From: SAR324 cluster bacterium | GTDB lineage: Bacteria; SAR324; NAC60-12 | DNA length: 62,506 nucleotides | NCBI GenBank assembly: GCA_028282505.1 | Contig: JANQHV010000129.1 | Coordinates: 1 to 62,506 of the forward strand | Direction of reading: 5' to 3' | In this document: positions 1-10,799 of the stretch, piece by piece | Layout of the letters: each line of letters opens with the position of its first letter | Position numbering within the stretch: position 1 is the first letter of the stretch | Notes under the pieces: generated by a model | Seen by the model: the letters and a program-made list of their open reading frames with translations, nothing else | The model's database searches: none | What the model was told of the DNA's origin: nothing | Made by a program: the position numbers and the translations under genes

Positions 1-116
1 TGAGCGTAGTCGAAGGGTCTCTGAGATGCTTCGACTACGCTCAGCATGACAGTTTTCGGGAGATTGTCTCATGGGCAAAGAGGAAGCCAAACAAAACCTA
101 ATTCACCGTACTATAG
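1..116 (+). repeat. Dispersed hairpin repeat, family 1, copy 1 (left end cut by window edge)
   Basis: Perfect 15-bp inverted repeat TGAGCGTAGTCGAAG (1-15) / CTTCGACTACGCTCA (29-43) followed by a conserved tail. Positions 1-116 align without gaps to 13150-13265 with about 5 mismatches. Confidence 0.85.
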
Positions 117-132
117 CTGTGTGATACAAACT

Positions 133-2502
133 ATGAAAAATTTTATTTTTTACTTTCGTCTGTTAATACGACTATTTTGTTTCCTCGGCTGCCTCCATCT
201 GCTGACATCCCTTGTTATGGCACAAGCCCCCCAGGTGATCCGCGTTGGGATATGTGAAAACAGACCCCTTGTTTTTCAAGATACTGCTGGGCGTCCTCAG
301 GGGATTTATGTCGATCTATTGCGGGAAATGGAAGGAAAAAATAATTGGAAATTAGAATTTGTGATGGGCAGTTGGAAGGAAGGATTGGAACGACTCAAAA
401 ACAGTGAAATTGATGTCATGACCACAATTGCGTATAGCAAAGAGCGGGATCAGTTTTTTGATTATTCGCAGGAGAATGTCATGACCGTATGGGGACAAGC
501 TTACGTTGCTCAAGATTCGACAATTCAAAATGTCCTGGATGTGGATAATAAAAAAGTTGCTATTTTGAAGAATGGAATCAATGGTCTCAATTTTAAAAAG
601 CTCTGTGAAAAATTTAATGTTTACAATCAATTCATTGTTCTGGACTCCTATGATCAGGTTCTCAAATCTGTAGAGACGGGTGACGTGGATGTGGGAATTG
701 TGAACAACATTTATGGGTATAATAATGAGGATCAATACAAGATTAAACGCAGTCCAATTATTTTTAGCCCTTTCAGCATGCTCTTTGCTGTACCAGAGGG
801 AAAACACGAGAATTTACTGAAAATACTGGATCAGGAGTTAGTTGCTTTAAAAGCAGATCCTGATTCCAGATACTACCAGATCATGGATAAGTGGTTTGGT
901 GGCAAGGTTGAGCAAGTATTACCACAATGGTTGATTGGAATTGCAGGAATGATTTCTATCCTGGCCATTCTTTTTCTATTTCATAATTTTATCCTCAGAA
1001 AACAGGTCCGTTTGAAAACAGCGGCATTGGAAGAGCAACAAAAAATATTAGAACAGCGTGTTGTAGAAAGAACAACAGACTTGGCGCTGGCTAAGGAGCA
1101 AGCTGAAACGGCTAATCAGGCTAAAAGTATATTTTTAGCAAACATGAGCCATGAAATCCGTACTCCCTTGAATGCCATTGTTGGATTCAGTCAAATTTTA
1201 TCCAAGCAGGCAAAGGGTTTATCCTTGCCTTATGAATTTCTGAGCCACCTTCAAACTGTCCAACATAGTGGAGAAAATTTATCGGAGTTGATCAATAACA
1301 TCTTGGATTTGTCAAAGATCGAAGCAAAGAAAATTGAGGTTGAGATGGAAACACTCAATCTTAAATTGTTGATACAGGGAATCTTCCATATCCACAAAGC
1401 AGAAGCCTCCAAAAAACAATTACAGTTTTCCTACCAACTGTCTCCTCAGTTACCAGAATATATTGTCTCTGACCGCAGCAAACTGAATCAAATCGTCATG
1501 AATTTGCTGGGAAATGCGATCAAGTTTACTCCTGAAAACAAGCAAATCACACTCAAATTGGAAAGGGATGAAAACTGGATTGTCTTACAAGTGGAAGATG
1601 AAGGGATTGGTATTCCTGAAGAAAAACAGGATATGATTTTTGAAGCTTTTGAACAGGCAGAAAAAACAACCACTCGCCAGTATGGTGGAACTGGCCTGGG
1701 ATTGGCAATAACCAAATCCATGACGGAGTTGCTGGAAGGCACCATTAGCATGAAAAGTGTTCCTGGAGAAGGTTCTACTTTTTCGGTGAGAATCCCTTTA
1801 GTTGAAGTGGGCGTCATGGATACAAAACAGGCTTCCATCAAATGGGATGATTATAGTTTTGCAAAAGATAATACCATCCTGGTTGTTGAGGATAATGCGG
1901 CTAACCAGGAAATGATCAAAACTCTGTTTAACGAACTAGAGTTAAACATAGAATTTGCTGAAAATGGGACAGATGGAATTAAGAAAACGTTGAGATTGAT
2001 TCCAGACCTTATCTTAATGGATATTCATATGCCAGGGATGAGCGGTTTGGAAGCCACTCAACAAATTCGCAATATGCCTGAGTGTAAAGATATCCCCATT
2101 GTCGCTTTTTCAGCAGATGCTTATAAGGAACAACAAAAGGAAGCTTTTCAAGCGGGGGTAAATGATTATCTCATCAAACCTCTTCAGTTTAATAAACTGC
2201 TGCTTGTCCTGGAAAAATACCTGCGACAGGATCAATCTGTCCAATCACAAGAAGTAGAACCTGCCACTCCGTTGCCAGAAGAACTCAGAGAAAAAATACT
2301 GAGTGAATTTGATGTGCTGTCCAAAATACCTTATTTCATGACAGGAAAAATTGATGATCAAATCCGGATGATGAATGAGCTTTGTGAGAGATATGAGTCG
2401 TTATTTCCAGATTTTTTAAAACAAATTGAGGAAGCATATTTTTCTAAGAATCCAGAAAAGGCTAAAGAATTGATTGAACAAGTGGTTCGTATGGAACAGT
2501 GA
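133..2502 (+). CDS. Hybrid sensor histidine kinase/response regulator with N-terminal periplasmic solute-binding (SBP_bac_3-like) domain
   Basis: Signal/TM segment, then an amino-acid-binding-protein-like region ([15 protein letters not shown]...), a second TM, H-box [11 protein letters not shown] boxes ([23 protein letters not shown]), a receiver ([13 protein letters not shown] ... KP) and a ~100-aa C-terminal tail. ATG at 133 is preferred because 46-132 lies inside repeat family 1. Confidence 0.9.
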   Translation: MKNFIFYFRLLIRLFCFLGCLHLLTSLVMAQAPQVIRVGICENRPLVFQDTAGRPQGIYVDLLREMEGKNNWKLEFVMGSWKEGLERLKNSEIDVMTTIAYSKERDQFFDYSQENVMTVWGQAYVAQDSTIQNVLDVDNKKVAILKNGINGLNFKKLCEKFNVYNQFIVLDSYDQVLKSVETGDVDVGIVNNIYGYNNEDQYKIKRSPIIFSPFSMLFAVPEGKHENLLKILDQELVALKADPDSRYYQIMDKWFGGKVEQVLPQWLIGIAGMISILAILFLFHNFILRKQVRLKTAALEEQQKILEQRVVERTTDLALAKEQAETANQAKSIFLANMSHEIRTPLNAIVGFSQILSKQAKGLSLPYEFLSHLQTVQHSGENLSELINNILDLSKIEAKKIEVEMETLNLKLLIQGIFHIHKAEASKKQLQFSYQLSPQLPEYIVSDRSKLNQIVMNLLGNAIKFTPENKQITLKLERDENWIVLQVEDEGIGIPEEKQDMIFEAFEQAEKTTTRQYGGTGLGLAITKSMTELLEGTISMKSVPGEGSTFSVRIPLVEVGVMDTKQASIKWDDYSFAKDNTILVVEDNAANQEMIKTLFNELELNIEFAENGTDGIKKTLRLIPDLILMDIHMPGMSGLEATQQIRNMPECKDIPIVAFSADAYKEQQKEAFQAGVNDYLIKPLQFNKLLLVLEKYLRQDQSVQSQEVEPATPLPEELREKILSEFDVLSKIPYFMTGKIDDQIRMMNELCERYESLFPDFLKQIEEAYFSKNPEKAKELIEQVVRMEQ

Positions 2503-2524
2503 GTAAACAATAAGAGAAAGTCAT

Positions 2525-2857
2525 ATGCCTATCATTCATGTCAATATCTGCAAACCTGTATTACCTGATATACATATCGATCCAGCCAAACGTTTTGCGG
2601 AACTCATGGATATTTCCTCTGAGCATGTGACGGTCCATGTCAGCCTGAACAATGCAGTGTATGGTAATCCATACGAATGCATTGTCCATCTCCACCTTCC
2701 TGACCTATGGAAAACTGAAGTGAGAGAACAGATGTTGAATGCGATTCAAACCGTCGTTCACGAAGCATGGTCGATTGCCCCTGGAGAAATGATTGCCATG
2801 ATACACCTTATCCATGCTGAGCAAGTGATAGATCGCGGAAAAATCGAAAAATGGTAA
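2525..2857 (+). CDS. Small protein, possibly tautomerase superfamily
   Basis: 110-aa ORF 22 nt after the kinase stop. The N-terminus MPIIHVNI resembles the Pro-1 start of 4-oxalocrotonate-tautomerase-like proteins. No other motif recognised. Confidence 0.35.
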   Translation: MPIIHVNICKPVLPDIHIDPAKRFAELMDISSEHVTVHVSLNNAVYGNPYECIVHLHLPDLWKTEVREQMLNAIQTVVHEAWSIAPGEMIAMIHLIHAEQVIDRGKIEKW

Positions 2858-3095
2858 CCTCAGAAGCTGGTGCATGCAGTATAATGATTTCAAACCATCT
2901 GTTGGTCTTTTCTTGAATTCCTGATTAAATCACTTTTTCATAATGATCCCCAAAGGGATTTTCTGCCCCTCTCAGAGAGTATTTTCCTATCCCGATTCTG
3001 TGAATTGCATCATAACATCATGAGCTTCAAAAATTGTTGCAATGCTGTACTCAGAATGATATATATCATTGATATATCTTAAAATGGAGTTGCAT

Positions 3096-3332
3096 ATGAC
3101 TAAAAGAGTGGCAAAGTTATTTATGAATGGTAGAAGCCAAGCAGTACGCTTACCAAAAGATTATAGGTTTGAAGGAGATGAGGTGTTTATTTGGAAAAAA
3201 GGGGATCAGGTGATTTTATCTCCAAAACCTAAATCGTGGAGAAATTTTTTTGAGAGTGTCCCCCTTCCTTCAAAGGATTTTATGGATGATCGAGAGGATC
3301 TTCCTCCTCAGGAAAGAGAAGGATTATTTTAA
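3096..3332 (+). CDS. vapB: VapB-type antitoxin (AbrB/SpoVT fold)
   Basis: [20 protein letters not shown] is the classic VapB/AbrB-like motif. GGAG lies 6 nt upstream of ATG 3096, and the stop overlaps the vapC start (TAATG). Confidence 0.85.
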   Translation: MTKRVAKLFMNGRSQAVRLPKDYRFEGDEVFIWKKGDQVILSPKPKSWRNFFESVPLPSKDFMDDREDLPPQEREGLF

Positions 3333-3730
3333 TGTACATGCTCGATACCAACATTTGTAGTTACATCATCAAACAACGTCCTGTTGAAGTGCTTCAAAAA
3401 TTTGAGAAGATTCAAAAAGACCAAATTTGCATTTCTATTGTAACCTATGCGGAACTGGAGTATGGAGTGGAAAAAGCATCATCCAAACGAATTAACCAAC
3501 AGATTATTCAAGAATTTGTTGACCGTTTGAAGGTTCTTCCTTGGGATATTGATGCTGCTAAACACTATGCAACAATTCGTAACGATCTTGAGAAACAAGG
3601 AATTCCTATCGGCAATATGGATTTGATGATTGCTGCTCATGCACGGAGTCAAAAATGCACGTTGGTGACTAACAACTTACGTGAGTTTGACAGAGTTCCA
3701 GGTCTTAATCTAGAGAATTGGGCAAAGTAA
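3332..3730 (+). CDS. vapC: VapC PIN-domain ribonuclease toxin
   Basis: MLDTNICSYIIK (PIN Asp near the N-terminus) and TNNLREFDRVPGL near the C-terminus. Overlaps vapB by 1 nt. Confidence 0.9.
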   Translation: MYMLDTNICSYIIKQRPVEVLQKFEKIQKDQICISIVTYAELEYGVEKASSKRINQQIIQEFVDRLKVLPWDIDAAKHYATIRNDLEKQGIPIGNMDLMIAAHARSQKCTLVTNNLREFDRVPGLNLENWAK

Positions 3731-3858
3731 AAAACCAAGTCAATCCACCAGACCTTTTCCCTGCAAGAAGCGATTGGTGATTTCCAACATTGGTGCATAA
3801 GTTGAATATAAACCAATTACCTCTCAAAAATTTTGACACTGTTCATTGATCAGTCCTC

Positions 3859-4107
3859 CTATGTTGCCATTTTCAATGGTGCTCCTTCGTTTTTAACCTG
3901 ATCCAGGTCACGTTTTCTCACACTGTTTTCAAACATCCTTGTATAAAGATGGAGTTTAAAAGCATTTTGGATCGTGTGTTCCTTGTCTTCGTTTGTATCG
4001 GGTTTTCTGAAGCTCACATTGAGTGGGGTACATTGCAAAAATTTTGATTTATTGATTTTCTGCTTAAGTCCAGTATTTATAAGAGTTGGTAGGAAGCGGA
4101 TCTGCAT
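3859..4107 (-). CDS. Hypothetical small protein (weak call)
   Basis: The only ORF over 60 aa in the 487-bp vapC-mfd spacer. No recognisable motif or convincing RBS. Confidence 0.15.
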   Translation of the reverse strand: MQIRFLPTLINTGLKQKINKSKFLQCTPLNVSFRKPDTNEDKEHTIQNAFKLHLYTRMFENSVRKRDLDQVKNEGAPLKMAT

Positions 4108-4217
4108 GCAAGAAAATTATAATAATAGGTATTGCAGGCGTAAACGGTAATAATCCTTTTGATCACAAGCGATCCTCCAGAGGAGAAAATACTTTTGCAA
4201 AAATTGCTCACCTAACA

Positions 4218-7200
4218 TCAGTTAATGATGAATAGTTTTTCAAAGCGACGCAGATTTTCCAGAATTTTATCCATCGAATTGGGAACATGAGTCAACATCA
4301 ATGTATTTTCAGGAACAAAGCGCAGGGTGGTTTCCTTATTTTGCAGCCACGCTACCAATTCCTGGGTATTGAGCTTTTCCCCATGAACAATTTCTATCCG
4401 TAGTTCATGTTTTCGGTGTTCAATGGTTTTCAGGCCGTAACGTTGTCCCAACAAACGGGCTTGAGTGCATTTAAAAAGGTTGAGCAAGGGATCTGGTAAG
4501 TGTCCATAGCGATTTTCGGTATCGTCACGGAGTTTCCACAATTCTTCTTCCGTATGAACGGTAGCCAATTTTTTATAAAGGGAAAGTCGTTGATTTGAAC
4601 TGGAGACATATTCTTCGGGAATGCCAGTGATGATTTGAAAATTGATTTTGATATCACCAGGTTCCAATCGATCTTTTTGCTGTTGTTGTATTCTTTTAAC
4701 AGCATCTTCAATCATTTGTGTATAGAGTTCCATCCCGACACTGGAAATGTGACCAGATTGTTCAGATCCTAAAAGATTGCCAGCCCCCCTCAATTCCAGA
4801 TCACGTGTCGCAATTTTAAAACCACCTCCCAGGTCATTAAGTTCTTGCAGAATTTTTAAGCGCTCTTCAGCCACAGTGGTTAAGATTTTGTCCGGGGGAA
4901 CCAGCAAGTAGGCATACGCTTGAAGATTGCTCCTGCCAACTCGGCCACGCAGTTGATACAATTGGGATAATCCCATTTGATGTGCATTGTTCACAATGAT
5001 GGTGTTGGCCCTGGGAATATCCAATCCTGATTCAATGATAGTTGTTGAGACCAAGACATCATACTCTCCACTAATAAAGTTCATCATGATGTTTTCCAGC
5101 TCATGCTCTCCCATTTGCCCATGTCCTATGGCAATTCTGACTTGAGGCAGAATTTGCTTTAAATAAGATGCATATTCAAAAATAGTTTCTACCCGATTGT
5201 GGACGATAAACACCTGCCCATTTCTGCGGATTTCCCGGCTGACAGCTTCTTGAATGATATGAGCACTGGATTTGAGGAAACGGGTTCGAATGGCCAATCG
5301 GTCAGGAGGAGGAGAATTGATGATACTCAGGTCACGGATGCCAAGCATGGACATGTGCAATGTGCGTGGGATGGGAGTTGCTGATAGGGTCAGCACATCA
5401 ATTTCAGTACGGAATTTTTTAATCTTTTCTTTATGCCGGACGCCAAACCGTTGCTCCTCATCGACCACCAGTAATCCTAAATTTTTGAATTTGACATCGG
5501 CAGACAAAACACGGTGTGTTCCAATCAGAATATCCACTTCTCCAGCTTCCAGACGCTTGATGGTTTTGCGCTGTTCTGCTGGTGTGCGAAATCGACTGAT
5601 CAAATCAATAGTAACGGGCATCCCTTCCATCCGATTCTGGAAAGAAACCAGGTGTTGTTGGGCCAGAATGGTGGTCGGTACCAAAACACAAACCTGCCGG
5701 CTGTCCAAAACGGCTTTGAACGCAGCACGTATTGCAATCTCCGTCTTGCCAAATCCAACGTCTCCACATACCAGCCGATCCATCGGGTTGGTCGATTCCA
5801 TATCTTTTTTCACAGCATCTATGACGACCAACTGATCTTCAGTTTCTTCATAAGGAAAAGTTAATTCAAACTCTGTCATCAAGTGACTGTCTGATGAATA
5901 TTGAAATCCTTTTTTGGCCTGACGTGCTGCATAGATTTCAATCAGCTCCTGGGACATGTCTTCCACAGCCTTGGCAACTCGATTCTTCGCCTTCTTCCAT
6001 GATTTCTCCCCCAGTTTGTTCAGACGTGGAGGACTCCCATCCGAATTAATGTATTTTTGTACCAGATGGAATTTGTCGACAGGGACATAGACTTTTTCAT
6101 CTCTGGCATAAATCAGCACCATAAAATCATTGCTGGCTCCCTGAACAGCAATCTTCTCCAATCCCTGGTATTTGCCAATTCCATAATCGAGATGGACGAC
6201 ATAATCGCCTTCCTCTAGATCGTCTAAATTGCCAATCAGTTGCTGAATTTTGTGTTGTTTGAGACGTCGCTTGCGGATTTTCTCACCAAAAATTTCTTCT
6301 TCCGTGAGCAGAGCAAATTGTATTTTCCCTTCTTCATTGACGACATGAAATCCTTCAGAAAGCGGACCAATTGCAATTGGAGAGACGGACAAGGTGTTTT
6401 TGCTGTCTGAAGAGGTTAGATGATGTTTGATCCATTCAGTCCAACTGGAATATTCCTGATCCTCCAGGGTCGTGGGGGACGCATCCACCATAAAATCGGC
6501 AAGTAGTTCTTTGAAATGATCTCCATGAGTTTGGTTTTTTGCAGTAAAAATAATGGTGGCACCTTCCTTGTGCCAATTCTTCACTGTATTGATGATACTG
6601 GCTACCGAAGAGTGCGGATTTTGATGGGCTTGTTTCTCGGTGGCACGTAAACCATGATTGGCTAAAAAAGGACAAATGGAAGAGGAACCAATGGTGTGAG
6701 AACTATTGGTTGATTCAAAACAGTGAATGGTCAGAAACTTTTTGAATAAAATCTGTAGATCATGGTCGCTGAGATACAATTGTTCTGGATTCAGGGCAAA
6801 ATTATCCTGCTCCTGACTCAGTTCAAATTCTGAAAAAATTTCGTCATAGACCAAGCGTGCTTTTTCTTCGATGCGGGAAGGTTCATCCAAGACAAATAAA
6901 CTGTTGGGATCGAGGTAGTCGAAAAGACTGTCTGGATTTTCATAAAACAAGCCCATGAGGGATTCAATGCCAGGAAAATGAACCCCTTGCTCCAATAAAG
7001 CACTGGTTTGCTGATAAAGATCCGGTTTGTTGGAGTTGATGGTTTGCTTTAAACGCGTTCTGGCAAATTGCAGTGTGTGGTCTGTCAACAGGATTTCCTG
7101 GGCTGGTAAAATCTCCAAAGTTTCGTAAGTGTTTCCTTCCGCCAGTTGTGTTTGTACATCGAACTCTTTGATTTGTGTCAGCAACTCACCTGCCCATTCC

Positions 7201-7754
7201 AAGCGAACCGGAGCATCTTGATTCAAGGGGAACAAATCGATGATTTCTTCCCGTATGCTGTATTCCCCTCCTTCCTCTACCATATCTACCAGGGTATAGC
7301 CTGCATCTTGACACTGTCCGATCAGTTCTTTTCGATGGTAAGTCTCTCCTTGTTGAAGCTGAAAACAGTTTTGTTCAAATAAGGATTGGGGAACCATGCG
7401 CTGCATGAGTGCCGTTGGTGTGGTGATCAAGATTTTGACTTGTTGAGCACAGAGTGCTTTGAGGGTGATGAAACGTTGCGCCACCACATCCCGGTGGGGA
7501 GAAAAATTATCATAGGGCAGGGTATCCCAATGAGGGAAAAAATAAATTCCCTCCGTGTTGCTAAAAAAGGAAAGATCATCTTGCAGTTGCTCTGCTTTCT
7601 CAAATGAATGGGTGACGACCACAACGGGAGGCGTATTCATTTGTTGCAAATGAGAAATCAGAAACGATCTGCTCGATCCTCGTAAATTATAAAGGTGAAG
7701 ATCATGTGCCGGCCTGGTCAATTTTCCTAAAACCGGAGCCAAGAGTTTATGCAT
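4218..7754 (-). CDS. mfd: Transcription-repair coupling factor
   Basis: 1178 aa. CarD-like GDYVVHLDYGIGKY, helicase motifs GDVGFGKTEIA and VVDEEQRFG, RGRVGRS, and a C-terminal TRCF domain. Confidence 0.95.
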   Translation of the reverse strand: MHKLLAPVLGKLTRPAHDLHLYNLRGSSRSFLISHLQQMNTPPVVVVTHSFEKAEQLQDDLSFFSNTEGIYFFPHWDTLPYDNFSPHRDVVAQRFITLKALCAQQVKILITTPTALMQRMVPQSLFEQNCFQLQQGETYHRKELIGQCQDAGYTLVDMVEEGGEYSIREEIIDLFPLNQDAPVRLEWAGELLTQIKEFDVQTQLAEGNTYETLEILPAQEILLTDHTLQFARTRLKQTINSNKPDLYQQTSALLEQGVHFPGIESLMGLFYENPDSLFDYLDPNSLFVLDEPSRIEEKARLVYDEIFSEFELSQEQDNFALNPEQLYLSDHDLQILFKKFLTIHCFESTNSSHTIGSSSICPFLANHGLRATEKQAHQNPHSSVASIINTVKNWHKEGATIIFTAKNQTHGDHFKELLADFMVDASPTTLEDQEYSSWTEWIKHHLTSSDSKNTLSVSPIAIGPLSEGFHVVNEEGKIQFALLTEEEIFGEKIRKRRLKQHKIQQLIGNLDDLEEGDYVVHLDYGIGKYQGLEKIAVQGASNDFMVLIYARDEKVYVPVDKFHLVQKYINSDGSPPRLNKLGEKSWKKAKNRVAKAVEDMSQELIEIYAARQAKKGFQYSSDSHLMTEFELTFPYEETEDQLVVIDAVKKDMESTNPMDRLVCGDVGFGKTEIAIRAAFKAVLDSRQVCVLVPTTILAQQHLVSFQNRMEGMPVTIDLISRFRTPAEQRKTIKRLEAGEVDILIGTHRVLSADVKFKNLGLLVVDEEQRFGVRHKEKIKKFRTEIDVLTLSATPIPRTLHMSMLGIRDLSIINSPPPDRLAIRTRFLKSSAHIIQEAVSREIRRNGQVFIVHNRVETIFEYASYLKQILPQVRIAIGHGQMGEHELENIMMNFISGEYDVLVSTTIIESGLDIPRANTIIVNNAHQMGLSQLYQLRGRVGRSNLQAYAYLLVPPDKILTTVAEERLKILQELNDLGGGFKIATRDLELRGAGNLLGSEQSGHISSVGMELYTQMIEDAVKRIQQQQKDRLEPGDIKINFQIITGIPEEYVSSSNQRLSLYKKLATVHTEEELWKLRDDTENRYGHLPDPLLNLFKCTQARLLGQRYGLKTIEHRKHELRIEIVHGEKLNTQELVAWLQNKETTLRFVPENTLMLTHVPNSMDKILENLRRFEKLFIIN

Positions 7755-8192
7755 GTTGGAATTGTGAGAAATGAGATACTTTTGGTATTATTTTAGGTTT
7801 GGAACAATTAATTCATGGGTTCGCTTATTTATTTCAATTCAGGAAGAAAATTCCTCATTTTGCCTGATGCGAAGACACAAATCAATGCCAATGTATATAG
7901 TTGCATGATTTTTGTTTGATTTGACATGATTCCAGAGCATGGATGCAGAGGCCAACTCCTTGACTCTCACGGTATTCAGAATCAGTAGAAATGTAAGTGA
8001 ATTAAAAACTACGTAGATTTACGGATAGATTTCCTGATTTGAATTAACTTATAATGCCGACGCTGAAAGCGACAACAGGTTATCTTGTTGCATCAGCTAA
8101 GGATTTTTGTTAAGAACTATCCAAGTGTTTCTGGTGAAAATCAGGAAATTTCCTGGTTTCCTTTAATCCCAACTTACTATGAAGGATCAACT

Positions 8193-8834
8193 ATGGGCTC
8201 AGATTTTCTCCTGCGTCGTATTCACAGTATTACAGGTATCGTTCCAGTAGGTCTGTTTTTGATTTATCACCTCTATGTACAGCTCTATTTGCATCAAGGA
8301 GCCGAGGTTTATAATCAACAGGTCAACAGCTATTATGACAGCCCTCTTGCCATTCTGGGTTTAGTCATTTTTGTTTACATTCCTCTTTTTTTTCACTCCA
8401 TTTATGGTCTTAAAATCTCCTCCAGTCTGGCCAATCCTGCAGAAATGAAAGCAACGCAGGAGTATAAGTATTTTTCCAATGTATTGTACTGGTTGCAAAG
8501 ACTCAGCGGAGTGGGAGTTTTCTTATTTATTATTGCTCATTTAGCCAATGCCAAGGTCATTCCATGGATGAATGGAGAATGGGGCACACATCATGAACAT
8601 TTGCGGAGTGGTTTCCTCGACCCCAGCACTGGTTGGTTGACACTATCTGTCTATATCCTGGGAATTACTGGCGCTGCATTTCATTTGGGCAATGGTATCA
8701 GTACTTTTTGTATGACATGGGGAATCGCATTGACTCCGTTGTCGCAAAAAATGGTTCGCTCCTGTGGCATTGGGGTTTTTCTTGTCCTGATACTCAGCGG
8801 TTATTATTCAATCAGTGTTTTCTGGCTTAACTAA
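8193..8834 (+). CDS. sdhC: Succinate dehydrogenase/fumarate reductase cytochrome b membrane subunit (type B, single anchor)
   Basis: About 5 predicted TM helices with conserved His residues, immediately upstream of sdhA/sdhB. ATG 8193 is preceded by GAAGGA, and the ORF-track TTG start at 8085 is less likely. Confidence 0.75.
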   Translation: MGSDFLLRRIHSITGIVPVGLFLIYHLYVQLYLHQGAEVYNQQVNSYYDSPLAILGLVIFVYIPLFFHSIYGLKISSSLANPAEMKATQEYKYFSNVLYWLQRLSGVGVFLFIIAHLANAKVIPWMNGEWGTHHEHLRSGFLDPSTGWLTLSVYILGITGAAFHLGNGISTFCMTWGIALTPLSQKMVRSCGIGVFLVLILSGYYSISVFWLN

Positions 8835-8849
8835 TTCGGAGAAGGGCTC

Positions 8850-10784
8850 ATGTCAAAGCAACGCGTAATTGTAATAGGCGGTGGTTTAGCAGGATTGGCT
8901 GCAACCATGAAAATTGCAGAGCAAGGAATGCCGGTGTTACTCGTTTCATTTTTGCCTGTGAAACGTTCGCATTCTGTATGTGCTCAAGGCGGCATCAACG
9001 GTGCTGTTAATATCAAAGGGGAAGGCGATTCTCCTGATATTCACTTTTATGACACAGTGAAAGGGGGCGATTTCCTCGCACATCAGCCTCTGTGTAAAGA
9101 TATGTGTTATCACGGTCCGTTTGTGATTCATTTGATGGACCGTCTAGGGGTGACCTTCAACAGGACACCAGAAGGAAATCTCGACTTTCGTCGTTTTGGA
9201 GGAACACTCCACCATCGTACTGCATTTGCTGGAGCAACAACCGGTCAGCAATTGCTATATGCACTCGATGAGCAAGTTCGTCGGTTGGAAGTTGAGGGAC
9301 TTGTGGAAAAAATGGAATGGCATGAATACTTGGGGGCGATCTTGAACGATGATGGCCGTTGTGTGGGTGCTGTCATTCACAATCTACGTAGCGGTGAAAT
9401 CGTATCCGAACGTGGAGATGCAGTGATTCTGGCGACCGGTGGTCCTGGTCTAGTTTATGGGCGTTCTACCAACTCTGCGGTTTGTACAGGAACCGCAACC
9501 ACGTCTGCTTATCTGCAAGGGGCTAAATATGGCAATGGAGAATTCATCCAGATCCATCCTTCTGCGATCCCAGGACACGACAAATTGCGTTTGATGAGTG
9601 AATCCGCTCGTGGTGAGGGGGGCCGTGTCTGGGTACCTCGCAAACCGGGAGACGATCGTCCTCCTAAGCAAATTCCAGAAAATGAACGGTATTACTTCCT
9701 GGAAGAGCGTTATCCTCTTTTTGGTAATCTGGTTCCTCGTGACGTGGGTTCCCGCGAAATCTATGACGTGTGTGTGAATGGTGGCCTCGGTGTTGGTGGA
9801 GAAAATAAAGTATACTTGGATTTAACGCATCACAGCCGTGAATTTTTGAACAGGCGCCTGGGGGGAATTTTAGAAATTTATGAAAAATTCACTGGTGTTG
9901 ACCCTCGCGAAGATCCAATGGAAATCTTTCCTGCCGTACACTATTCAATGGGAGGTATTTGGACGGATTATGAACGTACCGCAGATGGCTTAATTAATCA
10001 TGAATCACCTCGTAATCAAACCACCTCGATCAAAGGATTGTATGCAGCAGGAGAGGCCGATTATCAATATCATGGAGGCAACCGGCTGGGAGCCAATTCT
10101 TTGCTGAGTTGTATCTACACCGGATTGATGATGGGACCTGGAGTTGTGAACTACGTGAAAAATGTAGATCAAGCTGCGGAAGATATTCCCAGTAGCATAT
10201 TTGAAAAGGCTGCTCAGGAAAAGAAAGAACGCTTTGAACAGATCAAAGCCATGAAGGGAAAAGAAAATCCATATGCCCTTCATGCCGAACTTGGTGAATT
10301 GATGATTGCCAATGTATTGATTGTTCGGGAAAATACGAAGCTCGAAAAAACCTTGGAATTGATCAATGAATATGAAGAACGTTGGAAAAATATCGAATGT
10401 GTGGATACTCAAGTTTGGACCAATCCAGTCCCCAGTTACATCAATCAACTATACAATATGATCCAGCTCTCCAAAATCATCACGAAGGGTGCTCTATTGC
10501 GTAATGAATTCCGAGGTGCTCACTATAAGCCTGAGTTTGATCTGAAGCAACCCAAAGATTTTAAACCAGAAACTTATTTGGACTACGACGAGCAGAAGAA
10601 AAATGGAGGAGTTAACGAAGATGCATTTACTCCGGAACATTTGGAATATATGAAACGATTTGAAGTAAATAACGAGAAATGGCTGAAAACATCTGTTGCC
10701 CTTTATAAAAATGGACAGCCGGATATTACTTATGAAGAAGTGGATACATCTTTGGTCACCCCTCGTCCTCGTAAATACGATTGA
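8850..10784 (+). CDS. sdhA: Succinate dehydrogenase/fumarate reductase flavoprotein subunit
   Basis: VIVIGGGLAGLAA FAD fold, HPSAIPG, HYSMGG, RGAHYKPEF. The 644-aa length is typical of the type-B (Bacillus/Wolinella-like) enzyme. Confidence 0.95.
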   Translation: MSKQRVIVIGGGLAGLAATMKIAEQGMPVLLVSFLPVKRSHSVCAQGGINGAVNIKGEGDSPDIHFYDTVKGGDFLAHQPLCKDMCYHGPFVIHLMDRLGVTFNRTPEGNLDFRRFGGTLHHRTAFAGATTGQQLLYALDEQVRRLEVEGLVEKMEWHEYLGAILNDDGRCVGAVIHNLRSGEIVSERGDAVILATGGPGLVYGRSTNSAVCTGTATTSAYLQGAKYGNGEFIQIHPSAIPGHDKLRLMSESARGEGGRVWVPRKPGDDRPPKQIPENERYYFLEERYPLFGNLVPRDVGSREIYDVCVNGGLGVGGENKVYLDLTHHSREFLNRRLGGILEIYEKFTGVDPREDPMEIFPAVHYSMGGIWTDYERTADGLINHESPRNQTTSIKGLYAAGEADYQYHGGNRLGANSLLSCIYTGLMMGPGVVNYVKNVDQAAEDIPSSIFEKAAQEKKERFEQIKAMKGKENPYALHAELGELMIANVLIVRENTKLEKTLELINEYEERWKNIECVDTQVWTNPVPSYINQLYNMIQLSKIITKGALLRNEFRGAHYKPEFDLKQPKDFKPETYLDYDEQKKNGGVNEDAFTPEHLEYMKRFEVNNEKWLKTSVALYKNGQPDITYEEVDTSLVTPRPRKYD

Positions 10785-10799
10785 TTTATGGAGAAATAC

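Noticed and set aside
46-132. N-terminal extension of the first kinase (ORF-track start at 46, [13 protein letters not shown]...)
   Set aside because: These codons lie inside repeat family 1. The second repeat copy at 13150-13265 also opens a spurious ORF. The signal/TM sequence begins at the ATG at 133.
4430-7624. Multiple 60-190-aa ORFs on both strands within the mfd gene
   Set aside because: All are nested in or antisense to a 1178-aa gene with unambiguous Mfd motifs. They are typical shadow ORFs.
8050-8055. TATAAT box as the sdhC promoter -10 element
   Set aside because: No acceptable -35 hexamer lies at 16-18 bp spacing, and AT-rich DNA produces such hexamers by chance.
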